A stretch of 64,000 bases of DNA, taken from sequence record PZ386963.1. One strand, given 5' to 3'. Origin of the DNA: a phage. How positions within the stretch are numbered: position 1 is the first letter of the stretch; each line of letters begins with the position of its first letter. The translations under genes and the position numbers were made by a program. Below are positions 29,298 to 38,879 of this stretch, piece by piece. The notes beneath the pieces were generated by a model, which did no database searches, was not told the DNA's origin, and saw nothing but the letters and a program-made list of their open reading frames with translations.

Positions 29298-31079
29298 ATG
29301 ACTAAATCACTTTATGCAGTACCAGCAGGTTTAAACGCAGATGCTTACAAATCTGGTCATGTTTACCAGTATCCTAGTGCAACAGAGTACTTGATGTTCA
29401 ACCTGACACCACGTAGCGACAAATGGTTTAACAGCCCTTTAGCAATTGATGGTGTAGTGGCTTTTGGTATTCAACGTTTTGTTAAAGATTACTTGATAGA
29501 CCACTGGAACGCCACTTTCTTTGAACGTGATAAAAAAGAAGCAATTGACGAAATCTTAGAAGTCATGAATGGTGTTCTGGGTAAAGATACTATCGGTCGA
29601 GAGCATTGGGAAGCACTTCACGACTTAGGTTATCTGCCAGTTGAAGTATACGCTGTAGAAGAAGGCACAGTTGTCCCGATGCGTGTCCCAATGATTGTCT
29701 TCCAGAACACTGTTTCAGGTTTCCATTGGGTAGCAGGTTATCTGGAAGATGCTTTCTCTGCTGAGATTTGGAAGGCTTGCACCATTGCAACTATCGCATT
29801 GCACTACAAACGTATCTGTAAGAAGTGGGCTGACCTTACTTGCGACAACGACTTACATTTACCTTATCAGTGCCATGACTTTGCTATGCGTGGTATGTCC
29901 GGCTTTACTGATGACGCATTTAACGCTGTAGGCCACTTAACCAGCTTTAAAGGAACTGATAGCTTCCCTGCTGTATACACGGCTAAACGCATCTATGGAC
30001 AGTCTTACCCAATCTGTGATATTGGTAGCTCTGTACCAGCCACTGAACACTCTGTAATGTGTGCAAACATTGCTTGGGGAGGTGGTAATGAACTGATTGA
30101 AGAAGAAAGACGCTTTAAAGGTGAGTTACAAACCTTCCGTCGTTTCTTAACAGAAACTTACCCAACTGGTATTGCAAGTATTGTTTCAGATACTTATAAC
30201 TTCTGGAGAACTGTGTCAGAAATCTTACCAGCACTCCGTAAAGAAATTATGGAACGTGATGGCAAACTGGTAATTCGTCCTGACTCTGGAGACCCTGTAC
30301 ATATTGTCACAGGTTATAAAGCAATCCACTTAGAGTGTGCTAAGAAGGCTTATTATGAGCACCTAAGCAAGCTGGAAGCCAGTGACACAATGTTGAATGC
30401 TGTTCTGAACATGAAGCTTGAAAACATCAGCTATGGTATTGCTGGATGGCTACTGTCAGAAGGCTACGAAATGGTTGTTGACAGAGAAGACTTTGAAGCT
30501 GCTGATACAGTGATGTTGAAAAATGCTTATATGGTTGGTTCTGCAAACGTTGTAACACGCCCTGTAGCTGAGATTGATGGAGCTATTAAGACACTGTACA
30601 ACATCTTTGGGGGAACTATTAACTCTAAAGGGTTTAAGGTACTGGATGAGCACATCGGCCTTATCTATGGTGACTCTATCACGCTGGAACGTGCAAACGA
30701 AATCCTGAAGCGTCTGTATGAAATGGGTTTTGCAAGCTCTAACGTAGTGTTTGGTGTAGGTTCTTACACTTACCAGTACATGACTCGTGACACCTTTGCA
30801 TTTGCTGTCAAAGCAACTCTTGCAAGCATTGGTGGTAAAGAGATTATGCTTGCAAAAGACCCTAAAACAGATAGTGGTGTTAAGAAATCTGCCTTTGGTG
30901 GTGTAGCACCTATGTGGGATGGGGATAAGCTGAAAGCTGTAGATGGCTATGGATTCCAGAGTTTTGCAGATGCACTTGACCACCCAGCTTGTGCTTTACG
31001 TTTAGTCTTTAGCGACTCTGAGCAGTTCGGTTACACAACTCTTGGTGATATTCGAAATAATATTGACAAGCAGCTTTAA
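29298..31079 (+). CDS. Nicotinamide phosphoribosyltransferase (Nampt/NadV)-like protein; candidate Namat
   Basis: 593 aa; family assignment from overall Nampt-like sequence character, no single diagnostic motif picked out; immediately downstream of Prs-like gene. Confidence 0.65.
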   Translation: MTKSLYAVPAGLNADAYKSGHVYQYPSATEYLMFNLTPRSDKWFNSPLAIDGVVAFGIQRFVKDYLIDHWNATFFERDKKEAIDEILEVMNGVLGKDTIGREHWEALHDLGYLPVEVYAVEEGTVVPMRVPMIVFQNTVSGFHWVAGYLEDAFSAEIWKACTIATIALHYKRICKKWADLTCDNDLHLPYQCHDFAMRGMSGFTDDAFNAVGHLTSFKGTDSFPAVYTAKRIYGQSYPICDIGSSVPATEHSVMCANIAWGGGNELIEEERRFKGELQTFRRFLTETYPTGIASIVSDTYNFWRTVSEILPALRKEIMERDGKLVIRPDSGDPVHIVTGYKAIHLECAKKAYYEHLSKLEASDTMLNAVLNMKLENISYGIAGWLLSEGYEMVVDREDFEAADTVMLKNAYMVGSANVVTRPVAEIDGAIKTLYNIFGGTINSKGFKVLDEHIGLIYGDSITLERANEILKRLYEMGFASSNVVFGVGSYTYQYMTRDTFAFAVKATLASIGGKEIMLAKDPKTDSGVKKSAFGGVAPMWDGDKLKAVDGYGFQSFADALDHPACALRLVFSDSEQFGYTTLGDIRNNIDKQL

Positions 31080-31089
31080 AAGTATATGA

Positions 31090-31118
31090 TAAGAGGCTCC
31101 TACGGGAGCCTTTTTAAT
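31090..31118 (+). terminator. Rho-independent terminator
   Basis: GGCTCC-TACG-GGAGCC hairpin plus T-run. Confidence 0.6.
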
Positions 31119-31132
31119 TTCTGGAGAAAGAT

Positions 31133-31468
31133 ATGAAAATCAAAGAGATGAACATTAACGTTGTCCTAGAAGAACGTTGGGAAAACATTAAGAAACCTGA
31201 AGATGGTAAAAAGTTCCTTAACAAAATTTTAGTAGCAGCTAAAGAAGAACTGACTGGCAAGATTGCAGCAGCAATCACAATAAAAGTCTGTGTAAAAGGT
31301 CTTCCACAACATCACCAATTTGCACTTGACGAGTTTAAAGAAAGCTTCTACAATCCAAACAAACAGATACTTGAAAGTAACTTTGCAGTGTCTACAAGTA
31401 TCGTCCATGACAGAAGCTTTATCCTTTACAAAAACATGAGAGGTGAGTCATGCAAGCATATTGGATAG
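31133..31468 (+). CDS. Hypothetical protein
   Basis: 111-aa ORF. Confidence 0.35.
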   Translation: MKIKEMNINVVLEERWENIKKPEDGKKFLNKILVAAKEELTGKIAAAITIKVCVKGLPQHHQFALDEFKESFYNPNKQILESNFAVSTSIVHDRSFILYKNMRGESCKHIG

Positions 31469-31626
31469 AAATTTTACTGTCACTTGGTAGTGTAGCAGTA
31501 TTTGTTTACCTTCTTTGCAAGTACTATGCAGAGCACAAGAAGTGTGACTACTGTAACGGAGAAGGGTACACAAGAGCAGGCTGTTGCCCTATGTGTGGTG
31601 GTTCTGGTAAAATGTTTAATAAGTAA
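31450..31626 (+). CDS. Small membrane-anchored zinc-ribbon protein (58 aa, below ORF-track cutoff)
   Basis: Hydrophobic N-terminus then CDYCNGEG...CCPMCGGSG. Confidence 0.3.
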   Translation: MQAYWIEILLSLGSVAVFVYLLCKYYAEHKKCDYCNGEGYTRAGCCPMCGGSGKMFNK

Positions 31627-31654
31627 TTTAACAGTAAACTAAGAGGAAAGTATT

Positions 31655-34021
31655 ATGCGCATGGTAAATGACCACGCAGAAGTGATTAAGAGTTCAACTT
31701 CTTTGGAGACATCTCAAGCACAGATTACAATGACACCTGAAATGTTCAGCCTTCTGAGTTCTGGTGTATACACATTCAAAGAAAGGGCAGTGATTCGTGA
31801 ACTGTCATGTAATGCAGTAGATGCTCAGAAAGAAGCTGGAAAAGAGAACATCCCATTCCATGTGCATTTACCTACTCGATTTGAGCCTTACTTTGAAGTC
31901 CGTGACTTTGGAACTGGTTTAACCCATGACAAAGTAATGAGTTTGTACCTGAACTACGGGGCTTCTACGAAGAATGACTCTAATGATTACATTGGTGCAA
32001 TGGGTATCGGCTCAAAATCACCATTTGCAATTGCTCAGTCATTCACAGTGTCTAGCTATGTTGATGGTGTTGTTAATAAGTACTCTGTTTACCTTGAGAA
32101 TGGTATCCCTCAAGTAACTAAGCTTACTACTAACCCAACAAATGAACCTAATGGCTTAGCTGTACGTGTGGCAGTTGCTGACCACCGTATTTCAAAGTTC
32201 TTTGAAGAGGCTGGTCACGTATACTCATACTTTGCTGTAAAACCAGAAAGTAACATTGTATATGATGATGTGTTAGCAGATATGAACGTCATTGCTCGTG
32301 AAGAAGGTGTTTATGATGCCATGATTCATAAGCAAAGCTGGCGTTCTAGTGGTAACAGGACAGAGTTTAATGTGGTGATGGGTAATATTGCCTATCCAGT
32401 GAACATGGAAGCATTACTTGGTGATGATTTCTTCAAAGTCTTGCCAGAGTTTTTCCGTAGGAGCGTAGACCTTGTAAACATTTACATGCCTATTGGTTCA
32501 GTCGCTATTGCAGCTTCTCGTGAAGCATTGCAGATGAATGATACGACAAAAAATGTTATCATTGAGGCTACTAAAAAGATAACTGAAGCAATTACAAAGG
32601 ATGTTATCAAGAAAGTTAATAGCCAACCTACACTCATGGATGCTGCACAGGCTTATGCAGAGTTACGTTTGAACTCACGAGAAATGTTTAATGCTGTGTG
32701 TCCAAAGCTAGAGTGGGGAGGTGTTAAGCTTGATTCTCTGGAAGAAGAATTGCTAAACATTCGTCGTGGGATTATCTACGCAGAAGACGGCTCAGTCATT
32801 TATGAACGTGACGGTAAAGGTAATATCAAGGTTGATAGGAACGGGAACAATATCCCTAAAGTGGATTATCTTTATAATCCAGTTGCTTATGTCAAGTTCA
32901 ACTCTTTAGAGAGTAAGATTCGTGCAACAGCACTTTCCTACACTCAAGAGGCAAGTATGTTCAATATCTTTGGTGCAATGCGTAAAAGCCAAATTGAACA
33001 GTTTTTGTTCGTGATAAATGACCGTCGTAATAAAAATGGCACTGAGAAGACTGTAGGCCGCAATCAGATTCTGCGTGGTGCATGTCGAGATTACGCCAAT
33101 GAGTCAAATCTGTTTCACAGATACAATGGTATTGTGTTTGTATTCTCGACTGAAAAAGAGTTAGATGATTTAATCAACCTGCATAAACTTGATAAAAGTT
33201 TGTTAAAGATTGTGAAAATGTCTGATAAGGAGCACCATTACCAGCGTAAAGAATCTGTCAGGGGTGTTGTAAAACTCTGGAAAGCAGTTCCGGCAGAAGG
33301 TGTAGCCTCCTACAAAGAGGTGTCAGAAGACTTAGACACAATTGAAGAACCTCAGCTTTACATTAAGGCAGTTGGTGACACAGTTGATGGCGAATGTTTT
33401 TGCTCATCTCCAGAAGATGTAGCTAAGTCAGTTGCTAATGTTATAGGGAAGACAGTCTATGTTTTCCGAAAAGCAAATTGGAAAAAGATACCAGAAGACT
33501 GGATTGAAGTAGATGAGAAGCTTTTGAACGACAGCTTAACTGATGTTCATTGGATTAATCATAACAGGTATATGACACGCATCTACATGAATGGTGTTCT
33601 TGACCTTACAAGCAGTTGGATTATTGCCAGAAACTTTACATTCAATAACAGGAAGATTTCTCGTGGCTATTGCTATTCACGAGATACTAGCAAAACTATC
33701 TTCCTAGAAGGTAATGAAGAGGCTGTAGAGGCTATGTTCGGTAAAATCCAGTATGTTGCTGCACCGTTTGCATACACTTACACTATTAGTAGATTGCAAA
33801 CTTTGAAAGAATGCCTTGACAATGATACAAAACTGTACAAGAAAATTAAGAAAGCTGGTGACCGCATGGTCATTAAGGTGACAAACTACCTTTCAAAAAG
33901 AAAACAAGAGAACTTCTTGCTTTCTCATTTAGATTGGAATAAAGTGTCACCCATCGAAGTGAGTAAGTTCTTAGGCTTTGATGTGAAGTGTGTTCCAGAA
34001 GGGACTACAATTTACGATTAA
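31655..34021 (+). CDS. rIIA: rIIA-like protein with N-terminal GHKL (Hsp90/histidine-kinase-type) ATPase domain
   Basis: IRELSCNAVDA, DFGTGLTHD, IGAMGIGSKS match GHKL N, G1, G2 boxes; 788 aa followed by rIIB-sized gene. Confidence 0.6.
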   Translation: MRMVNDHAEVIKSSTSLETSQAQITMTPEMFSLLSSGVYTFKERAVIRELSCNAVDAQKEAGKENIPFHVHLPTRFEPYFEVRDFGTGLTHDKVMSLYLNYGASTKNDSNDYIGAMGIGSKSPFAIAQSFTVSSYVDGVVNKYSVYLENGIPQVTKLTTNPTNEPNGLAVRVAVADHRISKFFEEAGHVYSYFAVKPESNIVYDDVLADMNVIAREEGVYDAMIHKQSWRSSGNRTEFNVVMGNIAYPVNMEALLGDDFFKVLPEFFRRSVDLVNIYMPIGSVAIAASREALQMNDTTKNVIIEATKKITEAITKDVIKKVNSQPTLMDAAQAYAELRLNSREMFNAVCPKLEWGGVKLDSLEEELLNIRRGIIYAEDGSVIYERDGKGNIKVDRNGNNIPKVDYLYNPVAYVKFNSLESKIRATALSYTQEASMFNIFGAMRKSQIEQFLFVINDRRNKNGTEKTVGRNQILRGACRDYANESNLFHRYNGIVFVFSTEKELDDLINLHKLDKSLLKIVKMSDKEHHYQRKESVRGVVKLWKAVPAEGVASYKEVSEDLDTIEEPQLYIKAVGDTVDGECFCSSPEDVAKSVANVIGKTVYVFRKANWKKIPEDWIEVDEKLLNDSLTDVHWINHNRYMTRIYMNGVLDLTSSWIIARNFTFNNRKISRGYCYSRDTSKTIFLEGNEEAVEAMFGKIQYVAAPFAYTYTISRLQTLKECLDNDTKLYKKIKKAGDRMVIKVTNYLSKRKQENFLLSHLDWNKVSPIEVSKFLGFDVKCVPEGTTIYD

Positions 34022-34100
34022 AGTGTTTGACAAGGGGCTTCAAAGCCCCTTAGAATAGCCTTACAAAATGGTTTATTAACTAACAAGAGAGAGTAATAAG

Positions 34101-35231
34101 ATGACTACTAAAACTAAAGCACAGATTGACGCAGAAATTTACAAACTGGTTAAAGAAGGTAAGCTGACTAAAACAGCTATTGCACAGAAATTTAATACTT
34201 CAACCCGTTCAGTTGGTCGTGCTGTAGAGCGTCATGAAGCAACCTTAAAAGGTAATAAGAAGGCGACTTCTACACCAGCTACGAAGACTTTGAAACAAGT
34301 TGCTAAGACTTTGAAACAAGTTGCTAAGACTTTTAAAAAGAAATCTGGCAAACAAGTTGAAAAGGTCGTTAAAGATGCTGTACAGAAAGCTCCAGTAAAT
34401 AAACTGCATGAAGCTATGCAGAAAGATGACAAAATTGAGTACATGATTACTGGTGACTCTGTAATTATGACTTACGGTTCAGAGTCTGAAATTGTTGAAT
34501 CTACTCATCCGAACTATCAAGAGATTGTAGTTCATGTTGTGAAAGGTGAGTTCAAGAAAGCCTTTGAACTGATGAACATTCGTAAGTCTATCGAAAACTT
34601 CACTCAGGGTGCTATCACAATCAAAGGTGACAAGTTATTCTACGGTGCTGTTGAGATGCGCTCTACTCTGGTTGACCGTATTCTTCACATGATGAAGACT
34701 GGAGATAAAGGTTTTGAACGCCTTGTGATGTTCTTCGAAAAACTGATGGAAAACCCATCTAAAGACTCTGTAGAACAACTTTGGGGCTTTGTATCTCACC
34801 TTGATGTTGAAATTGATGAAGAAGGCTACATCATTGGTTGGAAGAAAGTCTCTACTCGTGAAGGTAAGCTGGTTGACTCCCACACCTACAGAGTACCTAA
34901 TGATTTGGGTAACATTGTAGAGATGCCACGTTGGATGGTTGATAATAACCGTAACGTAACTTGCTCTCAAGGTCTTCATGTTGGTGCTTGGGATTATGTT
35001 CGTTGCTTCTCAGGTGATACAATCCTGAAGGTTCGTGTCCATCCACGAGATGTTGTATCTGTTCCAACTGATTACAATGATATGAAGATGCGCTCGTCTC
35101 GTTATGAAGTTGCAGCAATCGTTGATAGTCAACGTAAAGTGCTGAAAGCATGGGATGGCAAGACTGACGCTTTACATGTCATCGTCGGTACTGCTGGAGA
35201 ACTTATCTCCCAACGTAAACGTGAAATCTAA
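34101..35231 (+). CDS. rIIB: rIIB-like protein (by position and size)
   Basis: 376 aa directly after rIIA-like gene; contains in-frame 21-bp tandem duplication (KTLKQVA x2). Confidence 0.4.
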   Translation: MTTKTKAQIDAEIYKLVKEGKLTKTAIAQKFNTSTRSVGRAVERHEATLKGNKKATSTPATKTLKQVAKTLKQVAKTFKKKSGKQVEKVVKDAVQKAPVNKLHEAMQKDDKIEYMITGDSVIMTYGSESEIVESTHPNYQEIVVHVVKGEFKKAFELMNIRKSIENFTQGAITIKGDKLFYGAVEMRSTLVDRILHMMKTGDKGFERLVMFFEKLMENPSKDSVEQLWGFVSHLDVEIDEEGYIIGWKKVSTREGKLVDSHTYRVPNDLGNIVEMPRWMVDNNRNVTCSQGLHVGAWDYVRCFSGDTILKVRVHPRDVVSVPTDYNDMKMRSSRYEVAAIVDSQRKVLKAWDGKTDALHVIVGTAGELISQRKREI

Positions 35232-35237
35232 TAAGTA

Positions 35238-35270
35238 ATTTCTTAAAAGGCTGCTTCGGCGGCCTTTTTT
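35238..35270 (+). terminator. Rho-independent terminator
   Basis: GGCTGC-TTCG-GCGGCC hairpin plus TTTTTT. Confidence 0.6.
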
Positions 35271-35331
35271 ATTTGTATTTTGTGCAGAGTGCTGTATAAT
35301 TGTTGTCACGATAAACTAAACAGGAGAACCA

Positions 35332-35880
35332 ATGAAGAAATTGATTCTAGGTTTGTGCTTAATGTTTACAGCACACTTATCTTATGCAGTTGACTGCCCA
35401 GAGCTATCAATTAGCCAAAAAGTAAACATGTTAAAAGCTTACCAGTATGGTGAGAATAACATGGGTAAAGGTTGGGGTATCACTCTAGCTGCTATAGCCT
35501 TACAAGAGTCAGAGTTAGGTCTGAAGGTAGAGAATAAAAAGACACATGATTATGGTATTTTCCAGAATCACTTGAAGACTGTTGTAAAGCGTAACAAAAT
35601 TAGCCCTAATGTGGCTAAAAAGAAACTCTTAAAAGACTTTGACTATGCTGCGAAGGAAACACACAAAGAACTTGAGTTTTGGACAAAGGTGCATGGTCAG
35701 CCAAAGTCAAAGAAGACTTTACAAAAAGTTTTAGCATCATATAATGCTGGGTATTCGTACAGAATCCCTAAAGCTAAGAAATATTCTCAAGATGTCTATA
35801 ACAATATGAAAGTAATCGCTCAATGTGAATTTGCAACAAACATTTCTAAGGTAAACCATGAAAAAATTAAGAAAGTCTGA
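35332..35880 (+). CDS. Secreted lytic transglycosylase (SLT-domain) protein
   Basis: Signal peptide MKKLILGLCLMFTAHLSYA; AIALQESELG and SYNAGYS motifs. Confidence 0.55.
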   Translation: MKKLILGLCLMFTAHLSYAVDCPELSISQKVNMLKAYQYGENNMGKGWGITLAAIALQESELGLKVENKKTHDYGIFQNHLKTVVKRNKISPNVAKKKLLKDFDYAAKETHKELEFWTKVHGQPKSKKTLQKVLASYNAGYSYRIPKAKKYSQDVYNNMKVIAQCEFATNISKVNHEKIKKV

Positions 35881-36553
35881 TGAAGTATTGTGCCATGCTT
35901 ATGACTTGCACCCTCATGAGTTAGGTCTTGATTCCTGTGTATGGACTCCAGAACAGTGCAGGGATTTTGAAGACACCGCAAGAGAAGTTGTATGTTCACT
36001 TGAAGAGTTCCACACATCAGAACCAATTGTGAACGTTGTGGACAAAAAGACTGGACAAGCTATAGGTGTAAGTCGTGATAGCTTAGTCATAGTCAATAAA
36101 GACCTTGTAGAAAAAGGGAATCTCATCTTAGCAGATATTGATGGTGTTCTTACAAATTTTAATCACGAAGATTGTTCAACGGAATTGACTGACGGTTCAT
36201 TCTCGCAGTATACCAATCTTCTTGATTCTGTAAGAGCAAAGCCGACGTATGTTTTCAATATCATTGATGCAATTGCTAATCATGCTGCTGTTGGACTCTT
36301 GACAGCGAGAGGCGAATCTCAGAGAATACCTACTGAGATGTTTTTAAGGCATAACACAGAGCATGACTACATGCTTTTTATGCGTGGTTTTGGGACTAAC
36401 TCTATAAGTGCAGAAAGTTTGAAAGTGAGGATGATTCAGTCTTGCATTCTGCCTTACTTTAATATAGTATGTTTTATAGAAGACACAGAGAAGAATGTGC
36501 AGAAGGTGAACAGAATCCTTCCACACATCAAAACCATGTTAGTTAAACATTGA
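35858..36553 (+). CDS. HAD-superfamily phosphatase-like protein (possible 5'-deoxynucleotidase)
   Basis: DIDGVLTNF resembles HAD motif I DxDG; start uncertain. Confidence 0.35.
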   Translation: MKKLRKSDEVLCHAYDLHPHELGLDSCVWTPEQCRDFEDTAREVVCSLEEFHTSEPIVNVVDKKTGQAIGVSRDSLVIVNKDLVEKGNLILADIDGVLTNFNHEDCSTELTDGSFSQYTNLLDSVRAKPTYVFNIIDAIANHAAVGLLTARGESQRIPTEMFLRHNTEHDYMLFMRGFGTNSISAESLKVRMIQSCILPYFNIVCFIEDTEKNVQKVNRILPHIKTMLVKH

Positions 36554-36563
36554 GAGAAAACTT

Positions 36564-37028
36564 ATGAACAATATCATTACGGTAGCACTGGACGTTACGG
36601 CAAACAAATCTGAAGTAGTTCGTAACATTATCAAGAGTAACTTTGAGGGTAAAATCTTCCGTGCTGTCAATGTAAAAGCAGACGGTAACATCCGAGAGTA
36701 TCGTGCTCTTTTGAATGTTAAGAAACACGTAAAGGGTTCTGGCTCAACGACAGCACACAAAGAAAACCTGATGACTATCTATGATATGGGTATGGCTTCA
36801 GAATTAGGTGCTGAAGGTATCGTTAAAGAAGGTGCTCCGTATCGCTCTTTCAATCTGGAAACTGCTCTTATGCTTTCCTTTACAAGTGGTTCTAAAACAA
36901 CTACTTATCTCTTTACTGATGCTGCAACGGTATCTGCTATCAAGGATAGCACTGTCAAAGCTGGGGTAGCTGCTGCTGCAAAAGCTTCTTCGATGGCTGC
37001 AAATGTCCTTGCTAAAGTCCTCGGTTAA
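36564..37028 (+). CDS. Hypothetical protein
   Basis: 154-aa ORF followed by terminator. Confidence 0.4.
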   Translation: MNNIITVALDVTANKSEVVRNIIKSNFEGKIFRAVNVKADGNIREYRALLNVKKHVKGSGSTTAHKENLMTIYDMGMASELGAEGIVKEGAPYRSFNLETALMLSFTSGSKTTTYLFTDAATVSAIKDSTVKAGVAAAAKASSMAANVLAKVLG

Positions 37029-37039
37029 GGTTAAGATAC

Positions 37040-37068
37040 AGGCTCCTTCGGGAGCCTTTTTCATTTTA
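37040..37068 (+). terminator. Rho-independent terminator
   Basis: GGCTCC-TTCG-GGAGCC hairpin plus T-run. Confidence 0.6.
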
Positions 37069-37080
37069 GGAGATTGTTAA

Positions 37081-37428
37081 ATGACATTTAAAGAGTTCTG
37101 TCAAGCTACTTTCATAATTGTTTTCTTAGTTGGTGCAGGTGTCTGGGGAGGATACTCTTACAGAGACTATCAAGTTGCTGAAACTGAGCTAAACAATCAA
37201 AAGCTCATAAGTGTTGCTAAAGATGCTTATCAGGAAGGATTAGTCACACTGAGCACCAATTACAAAAATGATTTGAAAGATGTACTTGCTAAGAATAAGC
37301 ATACAAAAGAGGTACTAACATATGAAAAAACTAAGCCAGAGTTTTATAATGTTTGTGTTACTGATAACTATGTCAGGGTGTTCAACGAACAAAGTGAACA
37401 GTACATTCAAAAACTCCCAAGTAAGTGA
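37081..37428 (+). CDS. Membrane-anchored hypothetical protein
   Basis: N-terminal hydrophobic helix. Confidence 0.35.
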   Translation: MTFKEFCQATFIIVFLVGAGVWGGYSYRDYQVAETELNNQKLISVAKDAYQEGLVTLSTNYKNDLKDVLAKNKHTKEVLTYEKTKPEFYNVCVTDNYVRVFNEQSEQYIQKLPSK

Positions 37429-37591
37429 GAGCGATAAGTACACTCAAGAAGAGTCACGGTATATCATCAAAGGTAACACAGGCAGTGATGTAGCAGCAGC
37501 CCTTGAGTTCTATCGTGACGGCTTTTACCAGTGTACAATCAAAGCTAATAACCTTATTGACATGATTTTATTAGGGAATAAGCAGCAATGA
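37322..37591 (+). CDS. Putative lipoprotein
   Basis: Signal peptide with lipobox-like LITMSGC; overlaps previous ORF in another frame. Confidence 0.4.
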   Translation: MKKLSQSFIMFVLLITMSGCSTNKVNSTFKNSQVSESDKYTQEESRYIIKGNTGSDVAAALEFYRDGFYQCTIKANNLIDMILLGNKQQ

Positions 37592-37857
37592 CAGAGAATC
37601 AAGATACTTTCTATGTAGAAGGTTACTTACTGTTACCACGACCAAAAGAAACTTATATGCGAATTGATTTCTCACCAACCATCATGGATAATGTGATGTG
37701 CCATATCTTTATGCAAGGTGTCACAGCACAACTTAAGCATGTTGGCAAAGAGTGCAAAATAAAGGTTGACACTCATCCAGAAATCAAAGAGAATCACTAC
37801 ACATGGTTCTTACCAGACTCTAAAGAAATCTTAGCAGTTCTTAAAACGAGGAAATGA
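37588..37857 (+). CDS. Hypothetical protein
   Basis: 89-aa ORF. Confidence 0.35.
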   Translation: MTENQDTFYVEGYLLLPRPKETYMRIDFSPTIMDNVMCHIFMQGVTAQLKHVGKECKIKVDTHPEIKENHYTWFLPDSKEILAVLKTRK

Positions 37858-38168
37858 TTATGCAATTCCAGCCAACAAATCGTGGATTTTCTTATGCAGA
37901 ATTTAAAGATGCTAAAGGGGAAATTTGTACTTTACAAGAGAGTTCATCATACGAACCATGTATCTGGTTAGGTGCTAAAGAGGTCTCTGTTCAGTACCTA
38001 GATAATGGCTGGAAAACACTTGATATCCCAGCATTAGTGGGCAAAGATTTTGTAGGTAACCAAAGAATGAAGCTCAATCAAGAACAGGTAAAAGAGTTGT
38101 TGCCGTACCTCCAATACTTTGCTGAAAATGGTGAATTACCAACAGAGGAACTTACAAATGCAGATTAA
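37854..38168 (+). CDS. Hypothetical protein
   Basis: 104-aa ORF. Confidence 0.35.
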   Translation: MIMQFQPTNRGFSYAEFKDAKGEICTLQESSSYEPCIWLGAKEVSVQYLDNGWKTLDIPALVGKDFVGNQRMKLNQEQVKELLPYLQYFAENGELPTEELTNAD

Positions 38169-38484
38169 TGGAAGAGACTTTGTAGCCGTTTACTACGAGA
38201 AAGGCAAAGAGGTTGGTGTAGCACAAGTAACTTATGGCAATGGTAAGTGGCTATATGGGACAATCGCAGTAGTAGGAACAAGAAGTGATACAAAAACTTT
38301 TAAAGATTGTGTTGACCTTCTTGAAGAATCCATCCAGAATCATTGGTGTCTGATATGGATGACTGATAACGAAGTGATGGAGCGTTTCAAAAAGATTGAT
38401 ATCAACATTGACAGTATTGAGCATGTTGATTTATATGAGCTAACTGAGAAGGTAAACTATGAAAGTAATACTAGCCAGAGATAA
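38159..38484 (+). CDS. Hypothetical protein
   Basis: Start at MQING behind AGAGGA RBS. Confidence 0.35.
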
Positions 38485-38686
38485 AAAGACACGAAAACTT
38501 ATCAGGTCAGCAGTGTTCATTGGACGAAATGAGGTCATCCCATTTACAGCAAATGATGTGATAGCTTACAGGAAGAACTTAGTATTCACTGACTGCTTAC
38601 GTGGCTTCATCTCTGAACCATTGGAAGACTTTAAAAGTCGTTGTGGTAAAGGTATCATCATTCAAGAGGCAATTATTCATGGCTGA
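38459..38686 (+). CDS. Hypothetical protein
   Basis: 75-aa ORF. Confidence 0.3.
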   Translation: MKVILARDKKTRKLIRSAVFIGRNEVIPFTANDVIAYRKNLVFTDCLRGFISEPLEDFKSRCGKGIIIQEAIIHG

Positions 38687-38879
38687 CTTCTGTAAAGACT
38701 GTTCTATCGAAATGTTCGGACGTGATACAGGTGACTTAAAAGGTCTTATCACTGAAGATGACTTTAAAGCTGGTTATGCAATGCCAGTAATCTGTGAAGG
38801 TTGTGGGTGCATCTGGGTAGACCATGAGGGGCAACGTGTAAAACCTTCAGAAGATAAAGAATCTTGGGAGAGATGTTAA
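38679..38879 (+). CDS. Small Cys-rich protein
   Basis: CKDCS...CEGCGC; start at MADF. Confidence 0.3.
   Translation: MADFCKDCSIEMFGRDTGDLKGLITEDDFKAGYAMPVICEGCGCIWVDHEGQRVKPSEDKESWERC

Noticed and set aside
37322-37428. Conflict between overlapping ORFs 37081-37428 and 37322-37591
   Set aside because: Not resolved. Both frames have plausible N-terminal hydrophobic segments. Both are kept at low confidence; one may start later or be spurious.
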